64,000 bases of DNA from Mobula hypostoma (taxonomy: Eukaryota). This document shows, one piece after another, positions 49,978-61,036 of this stretch (position 1 is the stretch's first letter; every line of letters begins with the position of its first letter). Below the pieces are notes generated by a model that saw only the letters and a list, made by a program, of their open reading frames with translations, ran no database searches and was not told the origin of the DNA. The stretch is taken from positions 39,806,001 to 39,870,000 of the forward strand of contig NC_086097.1 in NCBI RefSeq assembly GCF_963921235.1, in the 5' to 3' direction. The position numbers and the translations under genes are program-made.

Positions 49978-52699
49978 ATCCCTTTAGAATTTTATACATT
50001 TCAATGAGATCCACCCTCAATCTTCTAAATTCCAGAGAGTACAAGCCTAGTCGATCCAGTCTTTCATCATATGAAAGTCCTGCCATCCCAGGAATTAATC
50101 TGGTGAACCTTCTTTGTACTCCCTCTATGGCAAGAATGTCTTTCCTCAGATTAGGGGACCAAAACTGCACACAATACTCCAGGTGTGGTCTCACCAAGTC
50201 CTTGTACAACTGCAGTAGTACCTCCCTGCTCCTGTACTCGAATCCTCTTGCTATGAATGCCAGCATACCATTCGCCTTTTTCACCGCCTGCTGTACCTGC
50301 GTGCCCACTTTCAACGACTGGTGTACGATGACACCCAGGTCTTGTTGCACCTCCCCTTTTCCTAATCGGCCACCATTCAGATAATAATCTGTTTTCTTGT
50401 TTTTGCCACCAAAGTGGATAACTTCACATTTATCCACTTTAAATTGCATCTGCCATGAATTTGCCCACTTACCTAACCTATCCAAGTCACCCTGCATCCT
50501 CTTAGCATCCTCCTCACAGCTAACATTGCCACCCAGCTTCATGTCATCTGCAAACTTGGAGATGCTGCATTTAATTCCCTCGTCTAAGTCATTAATATAT
50601 ATCTTAAACAACTGGGGTCCCAGCACTGAGCCTTGCGGTACCCCACTAGTCACTGCCTGCCATTCTGAAAAGGTCCCGTTTATTCCCACTCTTTGCTTCC
50701 TGTCTGCCAACCAATTCTCTATCCGCATCAACACCATACCCCCAATACTGTGTGCTTTAAGTTTGCACACTAATCTCCTGTGTGGGACCTTGTCAAAAGC
50801 CTTTTGAAAATCTAAATATACCACATCCACTGGTTCTCCCCTATCCACTCTACTAGTTACATCCTCAAAAAATTCTATGAGATTCGTCAGACATGATTTT
50901 CCTTTCACAAATCCATGCTGACTTTGTCCGATGATTTCACTGCTTTCCAAATGTGCTGTTATCACATCTTTGATAACTGACTCTAGCATTTCCCCCACCA
51001 CCGATGTCAGGCTTACCAGTCTATAATTCCCTGGTTTCTCTCTCCCTCCTTTTTATAAAAAGCGGGTTACATTAGCCACCCTTCAATCCTCAGGAACTAA
51101 TCCAGAATCTAAAGAGTTTTGAAAAATTATCACTAATGCATCCACTATTTCTTGGGCCACTTCCTTAAGCACTCTGGGATGCAGACCATCTGGCCCTGGG
51201 GATTTATCTGCCTTTAATCCTTTCAATTTACCTAACACCACTTCCCTACTAACATGTATTTCCCTCACTTCCTCCATCTCACTAGACCCTCTGTCCCCTA
51301 CTATTTCTGAAAGATTATTTATGTCCTCCTTAGTGAAGACAGAACCAAAGTAGTTATTCAATTGGTCTGCCATGTCCTTGTTCCCCATGATCAATTCACC
51401 TGTTTCTGACTGTAAGGGACCTACATTTGTCTTAACCAATCTTTTTCTTTTCACATACCTGTAAAAGCTTTTACAGTCAGTTTTTATGTTCCCTGCCAGC
51501 TTTCTCTCATAATCTTTTTTCCCTTTCCTAATTAAGCCCTTTGTCCTCCTCTGCTGGACTCTGAATTTCTCCCAGTCCTCAGGTGTGCCGCTTTTTCTGG
51601 CTAATTTGTATGTTTCTTTATTGGAATTGATACTATCCCTAATTTCCCTCGTCAGCCATGGGTGCACTATCTTCCTTGGTTTATTCTTTTGCCAAACTGG
51701 GATGAACAATTGTTGTAGTTCATCCATGTGATCTTTAAATGCTTGCAATTGCATATCCACCGTCAACCCTTTAAGTGTCATTTGCCAGTCTATCTTAGCT
51801 AATTCACGTCTCATACCTTCAAAGTTACCCTTCTTTAAGTTCAGAACCTTTGTTACTGAATTAACTATATCACTCTCCATCTTAATGAAGAATTCCACCA
51901 TATTATGGTCACTCTTACCCAAGGGGCCTTGCACGACAAGATTGCTAACTAATCCTTCCTCATTGTTCAATACCCAGTCTAGACTGGCCTGCTCTCTAGT
52001 TGGATCCTCGACATGTTGGTTCAGAAAACCATCCCGCATACATTCCAAGAAATCCTCTTCCTCAGCACCCTTACCAATTTGGTTCACCCAATCTATATGT
52101 AGATTGAAGTCACCCATTATAATTGCTGTTCCTTTATTGCACGCATTTCTAATTTCCTGTTTAATGCCATCCCCAACCTCACTACTACAGTTAGGTGGCC
52201 TGTACACTACTCCCACCAGTAGTTTCTGCCCTTTAGTGTTATGCAGCTCTACCCATATCGATTCCACATCCTCCCTGCTAATGTCCTTCCTTTCTATTGC
52301 TTTAATCTCCTCTCTAACCAGCAATGCCACCCCACCTCCTTTTCTTTCATGTCTATCCCTCCTGAATATTGAATATCCCTGAATGTTGAGCTCCCATCCT
52401 TGGTCACCCTGGAGCCATGTCTCTGTGATCCCAACTATATCATATTCATTAATAACAATCTGCACTTTCAATTCATCCACCTTGTTACGAATGCTCCTTG
52501 CACTGACACACAAAGCCTTCAGGCTTGCTTTGACAACGCTCTTAGCCTTTATACAATTATGTTGAAAAGTGGCCCTTTTTGATTTTTGCCCTGGATTTGC
52601 TGGCCTGCTACTTTTACTTTTCACCTTACTACTTTTTGCTTCTACCCTCTTTTTACACCACTCTGTCTCTCTGCACTTGTTCTCATCCCCCTACCACAT
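49978..52699 (-). pseudogene. CR1 ORF2p of element A (APE endonuclease + RT); C-terminus at 46849-47112
   Basis: 513-aa and 344-aa ORFs in one frame (ITETWL, GDFN, SDHN, YLDFQKAFDKV, GVPQGSVLGP, FADD); stops at ~52691, ~51083, ~51055. Confidence 0.92.
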
Positions 52700-53625
52700 T
52701 AGTTTAAATCCTCCTGAACAACAGTAGCAAATGCTCCCCCTAGGACATTGGTTCCAGTCCAGCCCAAGTGCAGACCGTCCTGCTTGTACCGGTCCCACCT
52801 CCTCCAGAACTTGTTCCAATGCCCCAGTAATTTGAATCCCTCCCCCTTGCACCATTTTTCAAGCCACGTATTCACCTGAAATATCCTCCTATTTCTACTC
52901 TATCTAGCACGTGGCACTGGTAGTAATCCAGAGATTATTACCTTTGTGGTCCTACTTTTTAGTTTGTCTCCTAACTCCCTAAATTCACCTTGTAGGACCT
53001 CATCTGTTTTTTTACGTATATCTTTGGTACCTATGTGCACCACGACCACTGGCTGTTCACCCTCCCACTCCAGAATGTCCTGCAGCCGCTCAGAGACATC
53101 CTTGACCCTTGCACCAGGGAGGCAACATACCCTCCTGGTGTCTTGTTTGCGGCCACAGAAATGCCTATCTATTCCCCTTACAATCGAATCCCCTATCACT
53201 ATCGCTCTCCCACTCCTTTTCCTTCCCTCCTGTGCCGCAGAGCCACCCATGGTGCCATGAACTCAGCTGCTGCTGCCTTCCCCTGATGAGACATCTCCCC
53301 CAACAGTATCCAAAACAGTATATCTGTTTAGGAGGGAGATGACCTCAGGGGACTCCTGCACTAACTGCCTACTGCTACGCTGCTTCGTGGCCACCCATTC
53401 CCTTTCTGCCTGTGTAGCCTTTACCTGCAGTGTGGCCAACTCACTGAACGTGCTATTCACGACTTTCTCAGCATCGCGGATGCTCCAGTATGAATCCAGT
53501 TGCAGCTCCAGCCGCTCAATGCGGTCTGCCAGAAGCTGCAGCTGGACACATTTCCTGCACACATAGTCGTCAGGGTCACTGGAAGTATCCCCGATTTCCC
53601 TCATGCTGCAGGAGGAACAAACCAC
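52699..53625 (-). pseudogene. CR1 ORF1p (zinc finger + SGNH esterase), two premature stops
   Basis: CSSC..CRKC, IVIGDSIVRG, HIGTKD, DGLHL in one frame; stops at ~53263 and ~52900. Confidence 0.88.
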
Positions 53626-53869
53626 GGGGCCGATCTCAGCTGTCTTGACCTACCCAATACGATACAGCCTCGCGGCCTTCCTTGCTTCAAATAAAATACC
53701 GCTGCAGACTGTTCTCCTTTTAAAGGAACTTACCCGGCCATACCTGACTTGGAGTGAAGCTCGTCCTCAGCCTCTGCTCGCCGAAGCTTCTCGAGACAAA
53801 GCCTTCCTACTCTGTCTCCCTCTACTCCGTTGCCTGCTACAACATCGCCCGCTCTGTCAAACTGCTCTC

Positions 53870-53922
53870 TTTTAAATACTCCCGCTGCCTCACGGACTGA
53901 CATGCACACGCTTGCGCAGTCC
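53870..53922 (-). promoter_or_regulatory. Possible promoter motifs in CR1 5'UTR
   Basis: TATTTAAAA (53870-53878, minus) and TGCGCAAGCG NRF1-like motif inside a GGACTG/CAGTCC inverted repeat; motif match only. Confidence 0.25.
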
Positions 53923-54284
53923 TGTCCCGATCAACTGCTGAGAGAAAAAAAATTGAATAGAATACCAAAATCTTACAATGTTGTGCCTTCACCCTCAATT
54001 TCAATTTTTCCTAAAGAATATCTCTGCAGAGGAACTGAAGGGCTTCATTATTGCACCAAGGTTCCAATTATTTTATTTGGGATGGCTTTCAGTTGAAATT
54101 TTACTTCTATAATTCAGAGCTTTCCCCGGCACTGGAGTGCTCCAAGTTGAAAGGCTCTGGGTCTAATTTTTCATATCTGAGTACAAAATCCAGAGTGTAT
54201 TGTTAGTTGAGATTTCTTTCTAATAAGATTTTGGACTGAGACTTGAACTAATACTTTAAGCTGAATGTGAAGAATGTAAGCTGG

Positions 54285-54485
54285 ATGTAAAGAAGCCCAG
54301 ATAGGAACTTGAACAGTAGGGTCTGGGTCATCTGATAACCTGATAAACTATTCATTGCTTAGCTGGTTTAAAAACTGATTTATAAAGAAGCCCAGAATGA
54401 ATGTAAAGAAGCCCAGAGTGGAACTTGAATAGTAAGGCCTGGGTCATCCTAATAACTTGATAACTACTCATTGCTCAGCTGATTT
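54285..54485. repeat. Imperfect tandem duplication (period 116 bp)
   Basis: ATGTAAAGAAGCCCAGA..CATTGCT.AGCTG at 54285 and 54401. Confidence 0.8.
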
Positions 54486-54562
54486 TCTGTGTTTTTGTTT
54501 TGGTCTTGTTATTATTTGTGGTGTGCAAACCAGTTATTGTGGTTCCTTATGTTATATACCTG

Positions 54563-55250
54563 TGTAAGGGGTTTCTTCTTTATGTTACTGCACAGTCTAA
54601 CTAAAATGGCTTCTTTGTTATGTTATAATTGAAATGGCTTCTTTGCTGTTACCTGCTGAGAAAGTCCTCCCGCTAGCAGTTTGTCTGGATCATGTTACTG
54701 ATAAGAGGATGAACAAACTAATTGGAATAGATGTTATTCTTTCTGTGTGTTTGTAAGTTAGTGTGATGCGTGGGTTTTTGGGCAGAAGGCGGGAGAGAGG
54801 ATGGACCAGGTGCTGTGAGTCCCCTAACGGGGTCGGACCCCGAGCAGGAGTCCGAGGTCCAGGGTGTTCGGTGAGGCGAGGAGACGGAGACGGACTCGTG
54901 TGGAGCAACTGGTCGACCACCATTGTTGGTCCCAGGCGGCAGGTCGAGGTGGTCCGAGGAGAAATGCAGGTTGAAGGAGGAGGGTCCTGAGCTCCAACTG
55001 TTTGTGCACGAAGAGATTGAATTTTGATAAGTGTGGCGCCTTTTGTTTTCCTTTTATATTTTATCTATTAATTATATAGTTCCAGTATTATCTATAAACT
55101 GTAACTCATTTAATTGTATTTGGTGTATTGTCTGTTATTTGGGCGGGGCGGGGTACATCGCACAGCATCCACACAGTTTGGCGGGGCCGAGGGCTGTTTC
55201 CCTCGACGACAGCGAGCTGAGCAACCCTGAGGCTGGACAGAGGTGCTACA
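54563..55250 (+). mobile_element. Solo LTR (copy B)
   Basis: TGT..ACA termini, TSD CCTG (54559-54562, 55251-55254). Confidence 0.88.
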
Positions 55251-55639
55251 CCTGTTTTGTTAAAATATTTGATAACTGAAGTTTTTAAAACCAGTTACCC
55301 CCATCCCTCAAATAGATATCCTCAGTTCTTCTCAAAATAGTATATTCCATAAACACCATCATAAATATTTTACTTTTCATCAGTCAACCAAAGTAATAAT
55401 TCATTAGTATATGATAGAAGAACATTAATCAATCACAATATTCCCAAACTGTCAGAAGTGTTGAATTACAAATAAAGGACTGAAATAAGACTTCCTCATC
55501 TGTGGAAGGATCTGGGAAGGTCCTTTTTTTCCTTCATTTTAACCAAATATACACCTCAGGATAGTAGATCAGAAAGTTTTGTGGTCATCTTGTGTTTTAA
55601 GTAAGTCACCTATTTCACAACAACTAATATAACTTTTAT

Positions 55640-56945
55640 ATAGAACATAAAATAGTACAAGGCAGGAATAAGCCCTTTGACTCACTATCTCTGTTCCGAT
55701 CATGATGCCAACTAACTACTGCCATCTGCCTGCACATAATTCATATCCCTCTTTTCCATGCTTGTTCAAGAGTCTGTCTAAATGCCTCTTACCATCATGT
55801 TCATCTCTGCAACCTTCCCTGGTAGCACATTCCGGGCTGTCACAGTGTGCGCTGACAAATGGCTGATCCCAGGTGCGGAGGAACAATGGACTCCCATGTT
55901 GAGACAGAAACAAAAGGTTATTCATTGGAATTCCAGCTGAACATTGGTAATTTGACCGAGCAACACCATGAGCTGAATCATTCTCCAAACACACAAGGAC
56001 CCCTCGATAAGCCTTAACTGGGAGTCCACTTTAAATAATTACTGTCAGCTGAAAACCCGTGCTAGTCAAAATTAACATGAGAAGATTAAGCACAAGGGCT
56101 TAATGACTCTAGTTAAGACAACAATTAGTAAATACAGGTGCTTGAGAAACCTAGAAGCCCAACAATCTACGGCTCACTGTAGAGGCCTGCAAGCTCATGA
56201 AACCAAGCACCTACCACACATCCTTTAAAGTTTGCCCCCTTGCCTTAATCCTATGCTCTTTAGTATTTCCACCTTGAGAAGATTACCTACTTTATTAATG
56301 TTTCTCATCATTTTTTTATATTACTTTCAGGTTGCCCATCAGCATCTGGTGTTCCAGGAAAAACAATTGTCCAGTCTTTACTTATAGTTAATACACACTG
56401 ATCCAGGCAACATTCTGCACACCTTTTCTGTACCCTCTCAAAAGTCTCTATATCCTTCCACAGTGTGGTGACCAGAACTGCAGACAGTATTCCAGATGTG
56501 TCCGAACTAAAGTTTTGTACAACTGCTGCATGATAACATCCACTGCCTTACACTAATCAATCATCTTTGGTCTGCCTCAAAAAACTCAGTCACATTTGTG
56601 AGACAGGACTTTACTCATAGAGCCATGATGATTATTCCTAACAAGTCCACATTCCCAACAAGTCCAAATGTGAGTAAATCCTGTCCTGAAGAATGGTCTC
56701 CATATCGCTGATGTAGGGTTCAGCAGCTTGTAACTTCCTGGTTTGACCCTTCTGACCTTGTACAAAGGAAAAATATTGTCTATTTTCCACTCTTCTGGGA
56801 CTTCACTCCTGGCAAAGTAGGATGCAAAGGATCACTGGCAAGACCCCAGCAATCTCTGCCCTGCGCACTGAGACAGACTCCATTTGATGCTGGGGACATA
56901 TCCATCTTAATGTTTTATCAGCACCTCCTCCTTTTAATATCACTA
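55640..56945 (-). mobile_element. Decayed CR1 fragments
   Basis: CR1 3'UTR at 55640-55800; LVRTHLEYCLQFWSPH-like segment at ~56460-56520. Confidence 0.65.
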
Positions 56946-58100
56946 TTAGATTAGATTCAACTTTATTGTCATTGTGCCAAGTACAGATACAAGGCCAATG
57001 AAATGCATTTAACATCTAACCAGAAATGCAAAGAATAGTGTTAATTACAAAATAACTGTGAATGAAAAGTAAGTATTACAGCACACAAATATAAAAGTAC
57101 TGAGACAGTACAATATGGGTGCAATACTGCTTAGCTCTGTGATGTGAGGTTCAGCAGGGTCACAGCCTCCGGGAAGAAGCTCTTCCTGTGCCTGCTGGTG
57201 AGGGAGCGGAGGCTCCTGTAGTGCCTACCGGACGGGAGGAGAGTAAAAAGTCCATGGTTAGGGTGAGATGCATCCTCGATAATGCTTTGTGCCCTGTCCA
57301 GGCAGCGTTTATGGTAGATATTCTCAATGGTGGGCAATTGGGTGCTGATAATCCGCTGGGCAGTTTTCACCACACGCTGGAGTGCTTTGCGGTCCGATAT
57401 GGGACAATTGCCATATCACACTGAGATGCAGTTGGTGAGTATGCTCTCAATGTTACAGTAGTAAAAGTCTGTCAGTATCCTGGGACAGAGGTGAGCTTTC
57501 TTGATGATCCGCAGGAAATAAAGGCGCTGTTGTGCCTTTTTGATCAGGATGGAGGAGTTCAGGGACCAGGTGAGATCCTGGGAAATGTGGACACCAAGGA
57601 ATTTGAAGCTTGATACACGCTCCACTACAGCTCCGTTGATGTAGATGGGGATGTGAGTGTGGCTCCTAGCATGCCTGAAGTCCACAATGATCTCCTTGGT
57701 CTTCTAGGTGTTAAGGGCCAGGTTGTTGTTGGCACACCACGCAGCCAGGTGCTGGACCTCGTCCCTGTAGACCGTCGCGTCATCCCCTCTGATCAGGCCA
57801 ACCACCGTGGTGTCATCTGCGAACTTGATTATGGAGTTAGAACCATGTACAGGAACGCAGTCATAGGTGAAAAGGGAGTACAGAAGAGGGCTCAGCACAC
57901 AGCCTTGAGACATGTCGGTGTTCAGGGTGAGAGTGGAGGAGGAGAGGTTGTCTAACTTAACTGATTGGGGTCTGTTAGTCAGAAAATCCAAGATCCAATT
58001 GCAGAGGGATGATCTGATACCAAGCTGGTGAAGTTTGGTGATCAGCTTGGAGGGGGTCACAGTATTGAATGCTGAACTAAAGTCAATGAACAGCACTAGA
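56946..58100 (-). mobile_element. Rex1/Babar LINE 3' part
   Basis: ORFs 57704..58222 (LFIDFSSAFNT..QGCVLSP..KFADDT), 57416..57685, 57131..57373; (CTAAT)n tail. Confidence 0.92.
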
Positions 58101-58509
58101 TTATCAACATTCTTCTTCCCTGATGTCACCATCATTAACGTTCTTTTCCTTGGTGAATACACTGAGGTGAAGGACTCATTTAGGACCTTATCAAGTCCCT
58201 TTGGCTGCATGCATGAATACACTCAAACACTCTGAGTGGACATATCCTTTCCTTAGCAAGCTGCTTCCTCTTAATTTCTGTGTAAAAGTGACCTTGGATT
58301 CTCATTAATCTCACTTGCTAAGGAAATTTCATTTCCCTTTTAGACCCCTTAATTTTCAGTTTTAGTGCTTTCCTTCTTTCTTTATATTCCTGGAGCCAGA
58401 GAGTAATAAAGCAGCGAAATGGATCCTTAGGCTCAACGCACCATGCCAACTAAGTTGCCTGTCTAAGCTAGTTCCACCTGCTGGTACTTGGCCTGTATCC
58501 TCCTAAATG

Positions 58510-58785
58510 GGAGAAGCATCATGGTTGTGTAATGGTTAGCACTATGCCTTACAGATCCAGCGATTTCCGCCGCTGTCTGTAAGGAGTTTGTACGTTTTTT
58601 CCGTGACCGCGTGGGTTTCCTCCGGGTGCTCTGGTTCCCTCCCACATTCCAAGGACGTACCGGTTGGTAGGTTAATTAGTCATTGTAAATTGTCCCGTGA
58701 TTAGACCAGAATTAAAGTGGGGGATTGCTGGGCTTCAAGGCCTACTCTGTGCTCTATGTCAATAAATAAATAAGTAAATATATTA
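58510..58785 (+). mobile_element. V-SINE (HE1-like)
   Basis: tRNA-like head, V-domain GCGTGGGTTTCCTCCGGGTGCTCTGGTTCCCTCCCAC, (AATA)n tail. Confidence 0.85.
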
Positions 58786-58791
58786 TTAAAC

Positions 58792-58871
58792 CAGAGGTTC
58801 CAAACCTTTTTTATGCCATGGACCAATACCTTTAAGCAAGTGTTCCGTGAACCTCAGGTTGGGAATCCCTG
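58792..58871. mobile_element. 80-bp hAT-Charlie-type MITE
   Basis: TIRs CAGAGGTTCCAAACC / GGTTGGGAATCCCTG; target-like CTCTAAAT at 58872-58879. Confidence 0.82.
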
Positions 58872-61036
58872 CTCTAAATCTTTCCTCTACATATATTTGC
58901 CGATATGCCTATTAAACTTTCTAATTATACCCACCTCTAGCACTTCCTCTGGCAGTTTGTTCCATGTACCATTACCCTTTCACCTTAACATCTTCCCCCT
59001 CAATACCTTCTATCTTGAGAAAAAGACTGTGACTATTCCTGTCATCTATGACCCTCATGATATCATAAAACCACTATAAACTCATCCCTTAGCCTCAGCT
59101 CTCCAGGTAAAAAGTCCAGCCTATCCAGTCTTTTCTTGTAACTCAAGCCCTCCAGTCTTGGTAACAGCCTTGTGAATTTTATTTTGCATACTTTCAGTCT
59201 TAAAGACATCCTACCAGCAAACCAGGACACCAAAACTGCCTACAATATGCCAGGTGTGGTCTCACCAACATCTTGTACAACTGTATCGTGACACCCAACT
59301 CCTGTACTCAGTGTCCTGCCAGATGAAGGCAAGTATACCAAAAGCTTTCATCGCCATCCAGATACTAATGGTTCTTGAAAAACTATTAAATACCTCCACA
59401 ATCTCTTCAGCTACCTCCTTCAGAATCCTGGGGTGTTGTCCACCTGGTCGAGGTGACTTATCTACTCTCAGACATTTCAGCTTCCCAAGCAGCTTCTCTG
59501 TAGTAATAGCAATAGCACTCATTTCTAACCCCTGACACTCTCACATTTTTGGCATTGTGCTTGTGTCTTCCATGGTGAATACCGTCATAAAATACTTATG
59601 AAGTTCATCTGCCATTTCCTTGTCTCCCATTACTACCTCTCCAGTGTCATTTTCCAGCAGTCCAATATCTACTCTTGTCTCTGTTTTATCTTTATATATT
59701 TGAAAAAATCTTCTTGTATCATCTTTTATATTATTGGTTAGCTTACCTTTTAGTCTTATTCTTTTCTCTCTTTATGGCTTTTTTAACTGCCTTCAGTTGG
59801 GTTTTGAAAGCTTCCTCGTTCTCTACCTTCCCTCCAATTTTTACTATATTATATGCCTTCTCTTTTGCTTTGTCAGCTACAGTTGCCTTATCCTCACTTT
59901 AGAATGCTTCTTAATCTTTGGGATCTATCTATCTGATAAATCCCAAATTACTTTCCAAATTGCTCCCAGAAACTCCAAGCATTGTTGTGCTACCTTCATC
60001 CCTGAACTCTAATCCTTCTCTATTCACTTTGACTAGCTCTTCTCTCATTCCTCTGTAACTCCACTGTCCTACTGATATCCCGGACTTTATTTTCACCTTC
60101 TCAAATTGCAGGGTGAATTCTATCATATTATGATCACTATCTCCTAAGGGTTCCTTTACCTTAAGCTCCCTAACCAAACCTGGGTCATTACATAACACAC
60201 ATTCCAGAATTTTCCCAGTGGTCTCAACCACAAGCTGCTCTAAAAAGCCATCTTGTAGGCACTCTACAAATTCCCTCTCTTGGGATCCAGCACCAACTTG
60301 ACTTTCCCAATTTACCTGCATGTTGAAATCTGCCATGATTATCATGACATTACCCTTTTTACTTGCCTTTTCTAACTCCCATTTTAACTTTTAGCCCACA
60401 TCCACTGGTCAGAGGCTTGCATATAACTCCCATCAGGGTCTTTTCTCTACCCAGAAGGATTCTATATCTTCCAATCCTTCTTACCTGCAGAGCCACCCAA
60501 CCCCTTCTGCCTACCTGCCTATCTTTTCCTTGGTATAATTGGGTGTGATCTTCTTTCAGTCACAACTCAGTGATGCTCACAATGTCATACTTGCAAACTC
60601 TAACTATGCTACAGGATCGTCCAGCTTATTCCATATACTGTGTGCATTCAAATATAACATCTTCAGTCCTGTATTCATTACCCTTTTCAATTTTGGCCCC
60701 CTGTTGCACTTTGTCTAATCCCAATAACTGCAATTTTGCCTTATCATCTGCCTGTATTTCCTCACTACATGCTGCATCCAGTTGTACACCAACTGTCCCA
60801 TCCTCAGCCCTAGCACTCTGGTTCCCAAACTCCTGCCAAATTAGTTTAAACTCTCCCCAACAACTCTAGCAAACATGCCTGCATCAAAATTTGTCTCCTT
60901 GGGTTCAGGTGTAACCTATCCTTTTTGTACAAGTCATACTTTCCCCAGAAGAGTTCCTAATATTCCAAAAATCTGCAATGGTGTCCCAGCATCAATTCTT
61001 CAGCCTCAAATTTATCTGCCAAATCACCTTATTCTT

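Larger units (their letters stand above)
46767..53943 (-). mobile_element. Full-length CR1 LINE (element A), interrupted by nested CR1 B
   Basis: 5'UTR, ORF1, ORF2 (APE + RT) and 3'UTR all present in order; ORF2 resumes at 47112 after B. Confidence 0.95.

Noticed and set aside
50004..52582. Plus-strand ORFs of 60-165 aa
   Set aside because: Antisense shadows of CR1 ORF2; the same applies to plus-strand ORFs over Rex1 at 1589-3312
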